DNA of 23,136 nucleotides from Chlamydiota bacterium (GTDB lineage Bacteria > Chlamydiota > Chlamydiia > Chlamydiales > SM23-39), in NCBI GenBank assembly GCA_039179045.1, contig JBCDEZ010000022.1:1-23136 (forward strand). The letters are read 5' to 3'. The notes under the pieces are model-generated. The model had not been told where the DNA came from and did not search any database. It was given only the letters and a program-made list of their open reading frames with translations. Numbering within the stretch: the stretch's first letter is position 1; the number at the start of each line of letters is the position of its first letter. Both the position numbers and the translations under genes were made by a program. Below, piece after piece: positions 16,616 to 23,136 of this stretch.

Positions 16616-17215
16616 ATGCCCTGCAAAGAACGAATTGCCAGATAAGAAATAGGAATGTTAGAAGTCGCTTCGCAAAGTGTCCAGTCTGTGTAACATCGAA
16701 CTTTGTCGCAAAAAGACAGGTTCACATCAGGGGGAAAGAATATTCAACCAGGAAACGCCCATAAGCTAGACGTTCGGAAGTAGAACAGATGGCGTACAAA
16801 CCACCCGCACAACATAGAGAAGAACCCACAGCCAACACTTCACTAAAATCCAAAACTTCATAAAAAATTTATTTTATCTCTCCTTTATTTTCTAGAATAT
16901 TTTTGCAGTTGATTCTTATTCTTCCCAGAAATGCATTATTCTTACAATAATACAGCAGTTTAAATTATGACTTTTTTGTAATTGATAGATGCGTTTAGGA
17001 GTGTGTGATCAATTTCATCTTTTTGAAATTCAAAACACTATAAGAAGAGAGTGCTGCCAACGCCATGGAAGGTTTTTCCAATATGTAGGCCACTTTTTGC
17101 GGGTAGACTCTTATGCAATTCGGGGTCCATTTCACGCGCTGACTTGCTTGAACTAGTATTTGGTGCGTTCCCTTTTTTCAGTCGACTCTTTATCGAAAAG
17201 CTCTAGATCTATAAA

Positions 17216-18346
17216 ATGGATTTGATGAACGAAAGCGATACCATCTTTTCTGTTTGCCTTCCCAAAATCGGGGAAAGTATCCAAGAAGGTACGATTGTTA
17301 CTTGGTTGAAAAAAGAGGGGGAGTTTGTAGAAAAAGATACCTCCCTACTCGAGGTAGCTACAGACAAGATCAATAGCGAAATCCCTTCTCCTGTCAGTGG
17401 AGTGCTGTCAAAGATTCTGGCAGATCCTGGGAAAACCCTGCCTATAGGAGCTCCTCTTTGCCTTTTGGACACAGATTCTGCTCCTTCCTCTACCCCTTTT
17501 TACAGTCCAGCGGTGCTCCGTTTAGCCAGAGAAAACAAGCTCTCGTTAAGCGCACTTGAGACAGTACCGAAAAAAGGCCCCCGGCTCCAGAAAAAAGACC
17601 TTGAGAGATATTTAGCAGAGGACTCTTTTGCGCCTGTTACCCCTTCCGATGAGGTGGAGCGCATTCCGATGAGTCCGATGCGCAAAGCGATTGCGGCGAA
17701 TCTACTCCAGTCGGTACGACAAGCCCCCCAAGCATCCCTCGTGATTGAGGTCGATGTGACTTCCTTGATGTGTCTGATTGCTGAAAAAAAAGAGGGCTTT
17801 TTGCGTGAACATGGCGCAAAATTGACCCTAACCGCTGTTATTGCAGAGGCCTTTACAAGAGTTCTTGCTTCCTATCCACTTCTCAACTCTTCTGTCGAAG
17901 GAGAATCGATTGTGGTGAAAAAATCCATCAACTTAGGCATCGCTGTCAGTGTCCCACAAGGAGTGCTGGTTCCTGTTATTCGCAACGCCGAAAACTGCTC
18001 GCTCGCAACGATTGCGCGAGCTATTTCCGATCTTGCAAAAAAAGCGCGTAGCTCCTCTTTGCAACCTGAAGAGCTCTCTTCAGGTTCGATCACTCTCACA
18101 AATTTTGGTATGGCTAAAGCAAAAATCGGTGTGCCGATCGTTCAGTATCCGGAAGTGGCCATTTTGGGGGTAGGTGCTGTGCAAAAAAAGATACTTATTC
18201 TGGAAGATGACTTGCTTCGGATTGGACGCACTTTGCATCTCTCGTTAACATTCGATCATCGGGTCTTTGACGGGATCTACGCATGTGGGTTTCTAGGGAA
18301 GATGCGTGAAGAGCTCGAGGGAGCACGGAGGGAAAATCTTGTATGA
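17216..18346 (+). CDS. 2-oxo-acid dehydrogenase E2 (dihydrolipoamide acyltransferase)
   Basis: Lipoyl domain ATDKINSEIPSP, E3-binding segment YSPAVLRLARE and catalytic FDHRVFDG. Substrate specificity is not assignable. Confidence 0.95.
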   Translation: MDLMNESDTIFSVCLPKIGESIQEGTIVTWLKKEGEFVEKDTSLLEVATDKINSEIPSPVSGVLSKILADPGKTLPIGAPLCLLDTDSAPSSTPFYSPAVLRLARENKLSLSALETVPKKGPRLQKKDLERYLAEDSFAPVTPSDEVERIPMSPMRKAIAANLLQSVRQAPQASLVIEVDVTSLMCLIAEKKEGFLREHGAKLTLTAVIAEAFTRVLASYPLLNSSVEGESIVVKKSINLGIAVSVPQGVLVPVIRNAENCSLATIARAISDLAKKARSSSLQPEELSSGSITLTNFGMAKAKIGVPIVQYPEVAILGVGAVQKKILILEDDLLRIGRTLHLSLTFDHRVFDGIYACGFLGKMREELEGARRENLV

Positions 18347-19296
18347 TTCGAGAGCTTTTGAGCGAGCAGCGTACTTATCTTCGCTATTTTTTCGATCACC
18401 TAGATGTTGAAAAAACAGAAGAGATTCTGGAAAAACTCCTCAGTACTCGAGGGACGATTGTCCTCACAGGAGTCGGGAAAAGCGGTATCATTGCTCAGAA
18501 ACTTGCAATGAGCTTGCTCTCCACCGGCACAAAGGCTCTTTACATGCCCTCGACAGATGCTTTGCATGGAGATTTAGGGATGCTCAACCGGGAAGACATT
18601 TTCCTTTTTCTCACAAAAAGTGGCAATACAGAGGAGCTTATTCGGCTCTTGCCTTTTGTGAAAAACAAACAAGCATCCACGATCGCCTTCGTTTCAAACA
18701 AAGAAGGGAAGCTTTACCAGCTCTGTGATTTAGCTATTGAATTGCCTGCAAAAAGAGAGTTGTGCCCCTTTGATCTAGCTCCCACTACCTCGACAGAGGT
18801 GCAGTTGATTTATGGGCATCTTCTTGTTGTTGCGATGATGAAAAGAAAGAAATTTACAAGGAAGGATTTTGCGCGGAATCACCCAGCAGGTTCCATTGGA
18901 AAACAGCTCTGTCTGAAAGTAGAGGATCTAATGCGAAAAGGAAACGAACTTCCCTTTTGCTACTTCGGCGAAAAACTCTTCGATCTTTTGTGTCGTCTCT
19001 CGGAAAAAAAGTCGGGTTGCCTTTTCATCACAGATAAAGAGTGCCGCTTATTGGGTGTATTCACAGATGGTGACTTGCGCAGGTCTATGGAGCAATTTGG
19101 CAACGGAGCCTTAGAAAAAAAGATCGAAGAGGTCATGACTTATTCCCCCCGTTTTGTCCACAAAGATATCTTAGCTAGGCGCGCTCTCGAAAAAATGGAG
19201 GAAAATGCGCGCAATCCCATCACAGTAATGCCTGTTGTAGAAGAGGGGAAGGTGATTGGAATGATACGCCTCCATGATATTCTACAAGCTTTTTGA
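18343..19296 (+). CDS. kdsD: Arabinose-5-phosphate isomerase (KpsF/GutQ; SIS + 2 CBS)
   Basis: GVGKSG, ALHGDLG, KSGNTEE, APTTST, HPAGSIG and FTDGDLRR motifs. Confidence 0.95.
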   Translation: MIRELLSEQRTYLRYFFDHLDVEKTEEILEKLLSTRGTIVLTGVGKSGIIAQKLAMSLLSTGTKALYMPSTDALHGDLGMLNREDIFLFLTKSGNTEELIRLLPFVKNKQASTIAFVSNKEGKLYQLCDLAIELPAKRELCPFDLAPTTSTEVQLIYGHLLVVAMMKRKKFTRKDFARNHPAGSIGKQLCLKVEDLMRKGNELPFCYFGEKLFDLLCRLSEKKSGCLFITDKECRLLGVFTDGDLRRSMEQFGNGALEKKIEEVMTYSPRFVHKDILARRALEKMEENARNPITVMPVVEEGKVIGMIRLHDILQAF

Positions 19297-19818
19297 CTCT
19301 TTTTCGAAAAAGTGCGGAGCGATCGGTGTTCGCTTAGATGCCCCTTTTCCTTGCTTGCGCAAACTCTGTTCGTAGAAATAGGGCAAAAATAGATCGCATT
19401 CAAATAAGGGGGCAAATTTTCGAAAGGGGTTCATTGAGAAATGGGGGTGGTGGATTACTCGTCCCTATTGAAAGGGAACCTCCAAAAATAAAGCGAGCCT
19501 GTACCAATTTCCTCTCTCTTTGTATACAATTGAGTCAATCAATTCTGTAGGCAGTCCCAATACCTGCTTGCCTCGTCTTTTATAGGTAAGCAGTTTCTTA
19601 GAAATTTCAATAGCATGTTCTCCTCTCGTTTGCAAACGGAGCCCGAGCTAATCGACAGAAGACCGAATGCTGAGGGAAAAACAAGGGGCTGCCAAGAGGC
19701 AATACAAGAGCATTTTTTCAGAGAAAAAGGGAAGTATTCCTACTGAAAAAAGGAATCCTATTATGCCAAGGAAATTAGAGATTTTCTGCCCAAATTTTTC
19801 AGAATATTGGGATGGCAT
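19282..19818 (-). pseudogene. Inc-like hydrophobic ORF with two in-frame TAG codons
   Basis: A single 179-codon frame from ATG 19818 to TAG 19282-19284, with internal TAGs at 19648-19650 and 19465-19467 and a bilobed hydrophobic N-terminus. Confidence 0.45.
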
Positions 19819-20001
19819 TGTGTGTGCATGCTATAGGTATGCATAAGGGACATATCGCAAGATTCTTTGAAATAAAACCGTGGATTTGAGGGAAGAGTGC
19901 CGCACGCTTTACGCAAAAAGTCTTTTTACGGGGAGTTTTTTCAAAGGTAAGAAAATTGCATTTGCTTTCTGAATAAGATTCATCTGATTGCAGCTTCATA
20001 G

Positions 20002-20035
20002 AAAAAAGGCCCCAACCATGATAGTGAGGCCTTTT
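20002..20035 (-). terminator. Rho-independent terminator of the third MOMP-like gene
   Basis: Minus strand reads AAAAGGCCTCA-CTATCATGGT-TGGGGCCTTTTTT, 13 nt after the stop codon. Confidence 0.85.
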
Positions 20036-20048
20036 GCAGAATACCAAT

Positions 20049-21146
20049 TTAGAAATCAAATAAGATACGGAAAGAAACTCCTGCCAAATGCAGATCCCCT
20101 CGTGGGACAGTGTCATTGACATAGATTCCAGCAGGTGTGTTAGAAATCACCTTTCTTAGCTGATTTTGGTCGTACCAGGTTTGAAATTCCCATAGAGCCT
20201 GCATCTTAATATGGTGTTGCATATCGTTGAGGTGTGTGCCCCATGCAAGACCGAGTTGCAGTTCTAAGTTGGAATTGTTCCGATAAAAATCATGATCTAA
20301 CGTAAACGTGTCGTCGCCCGAAGGGAGATTCTCTGTCACATCAAAATTTGCATACAGAATCGAAGCGCTTGGATGCGCTAAGAGTTCAAATCCTGCACCC
20401 AACGCCCACTCTGACTTACATCCAACGCGCGTGCCTACACCCCAAAAATCATTTTTCGCCTGAAACTTGGTATCGTAACTCCCTGCATATCTTGCTGTGT
20501 AGTTTTGGTCGATCCAAGCGGCTCTTAGCCCAAAAAACGGTTCTAAGACGAGATAACGGCTCAAATGGAAGGGCTTGCCTAACGCAATGTCGAAGACATT
20601 CATCTGCATTTCCCATCTTTGCGAGGCCTCGTTATCCCCAGCTACTGGCGCTTGCGTGGCGATCCATTGAGGGATGATCACCCCTGTACTAGCGGCTTTT
20701 GCACTTACATCTTGGTTGGTTCTATACCACATCCATTCCATGCCCATATTCCAAGCATCGTGATTTAAGAGGAATCCCAAACCCAAACGGAAACCGAAGT
20801 CAAAACTATAGTCTTCGTTATCAGAAGAAAAACTCAAAACTTTTCCCCCGGCGAGTTCCGGATTGGTAGTGGAAGGGCCATTTGTGTCCTTCACTCCGTA
20901 CACCAATCCATCTTCCATGGGCTGCAAGACTAAGAAGTCCCCATAAAAATAAAAATCGTTGGGACACGCTAAATTCATGTCCTTAGGATATACGAAAGCG
21001 AACGGCCCTGGTTTAGGCTCTTCGCAACATGTAGTTTGTGGTTGAGGATCGCAGGGTCCTGCGGGTATTGCGTAGACACAAGTTGTGGCTAGCAAAGCTA
21101 ATGCAGAGGACGACAGCGTCTTTTTCCACGACCAATTCATAGACAT
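20049..21146 (-). CDS. MOMP-like (Lpg1974-family) outer-membrane protein
   Basis: GGAGA RBS before ATG 21146, signal peptide, Cys/Pro N-terminus, FGFRLG, PFFGLR, FWGVGTRVG and the C-terminus GDLHLAGVSFRILFDF. Confidence 0.88.
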   Translation of the reverse strand: MSMNWSWKKTLSSSALALLATTCVYAIPAGPCDPQPQTTCCEEPKPGPFAFVYPKDMNLACPNDFYFYGDFLVLQPMEDGLVYGVKDTNGPSTTNPELAGGKVLSFSSDNEDYSFDFGFRLGLGFLLNHDAWNMGMEWMWYRTNQDVSAKAASTGVIIPQWIATQAPVAGDNEASQRWEMQMNVFDIALGKPFHLSRYLVLEPFFGLRAAWIDQNYTARYAGSYDTKFQAKNDFWGVGTRVGCKSEWALGAGFELLAHPSASILYANFDVTENLPSGDDTFTLDHDFYRNNSNLELQLGLAWGTHLNDMQHHIKMQALWEFQTWYDQNQLRKVISNTPAGIYVNDTVPRGDLHLAGVSFRILFDF

Positions 21147-21440
21147 AGACAATCTCCAGTTTGTTGAGTGTAAATAGCTAGCTTTACTGTTTGTGTATTC
21201 GATCAACAGATACGCATCTGTCCACCTTACCGCTATTCAAATCTGACAATAGTTTTTTTATTTTTAAATACGCAATACATTTTTTCACGTGCTCTACGAA
21301 ATACGACAAAATACCAAGTGCGCATCGTACGATTTTGCCTGGAAAAAAAAGAGAAAATGCTAACAGATTGACAGGTGTTTTTTCGTGAGGCACTAGAAAT
21401 AGCAGCATATTTTCTCCCCCGGTTCTCTAGGAGAATTGAG

Positions 21441-21496
21441 AAAAAAAAAGAAAAAAAAGAAGAGGTGTTGCAAGTAATTCAGATCTCTAGTAGATT
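21441..21496 (+). promoter_or_regulatory. Putative rRNA operon promoter with A-tract UP element
   Basis: TTGCAA (21468-21473)-17 bp-TAGATT (21491-21496), preceded by phased A-tracts. Confidence 0.65.
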
Positions 21497-21677
21497 CTTA
21501 GTATCTTTCGAGTGCGAAACGAACATCACAAACGAGAGAAAAGACTACGAAAGTTGTCTGTGGATATTTAACAGTAGAATAAGAACGCTATACAGATCTT
21601 TTTCATAAAGATTTGTGCGGACAAAGAACTTTTTGTTTTTTGTTTGCCAACGTACAAAAAAATAATAATGTCAAATT

Positions 21678-23136
<1,459 letters not shown>

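Noticed and set aside
17032..17057. CIRCE-like AAAACACTA-N8-GAGTGCTGC
   Set aside because: The spacing is wrong, the left arm matches poorly, and no chaperone gene is adjacent.
9295..19296. Many short antisense or alternate-frame ORFs over housekeeping genes
   Set aside because: They are shadow ORFs of well-supported genes and carry no motifs of their own.
3650..19818. Genome-wide stop-codon reassignment suggested by in-frame TAG/TAA codons
   Set aside because: Conserved genes have no internal stops and use TAG, TAA and TGA as normal terminators.
19297..20000. Possible RNase P RNA (rnpB) after kdsD
   Set aside because: I found no GAGGAAAGTCC or AGAA..CGGCTTA P4 motifs on either strand.

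Overview
This is a chromosomal fragment of an environmental chlamydia (phylum Chlamydiota, possibly Simkania-like). The assignment rests on 16S signature sequence, MOMP-like porin paralogs and chlamydia-type gene linkage. Positions 1-~3000 hold an AT-rich, partly decayed island at the 3' end of tRNA-Ser(GGA). It contains an IS5/IS903-type transposase tail and a coupled operon: SRPBCC, MarR, an intact APH(9)-like phosphotransferase and a frameshifted P-loop gene. An att-like spacer lies between this operon and the tRNA. Past the tRNA come SDR and IS630 debris, GFA, GNAT, an ogt/ada gene broken by a 14-bp tandem duplication, a MerC-family gene and two MOMP-like genes. A housekeeping block follows (nrdR, dksA, lspA, cinA, SAM methyltransferase, TrmH family, RluA family, gmhA, lpxK, E2 acyltransferase, kdsD), with two hydrophobic ORFans. 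The window ends with a third MOMP-like gene and a partial 16S rRNA gene. I cannot support a clearly new multi-gene system. The best leads are the APH(9)-like island, the repeat-inactivated ogt, the Cys/Pro-rich porin N-termini and a hidden amber-interrupted Inc-like frame. All family calls come from motif recognition, not database searches.
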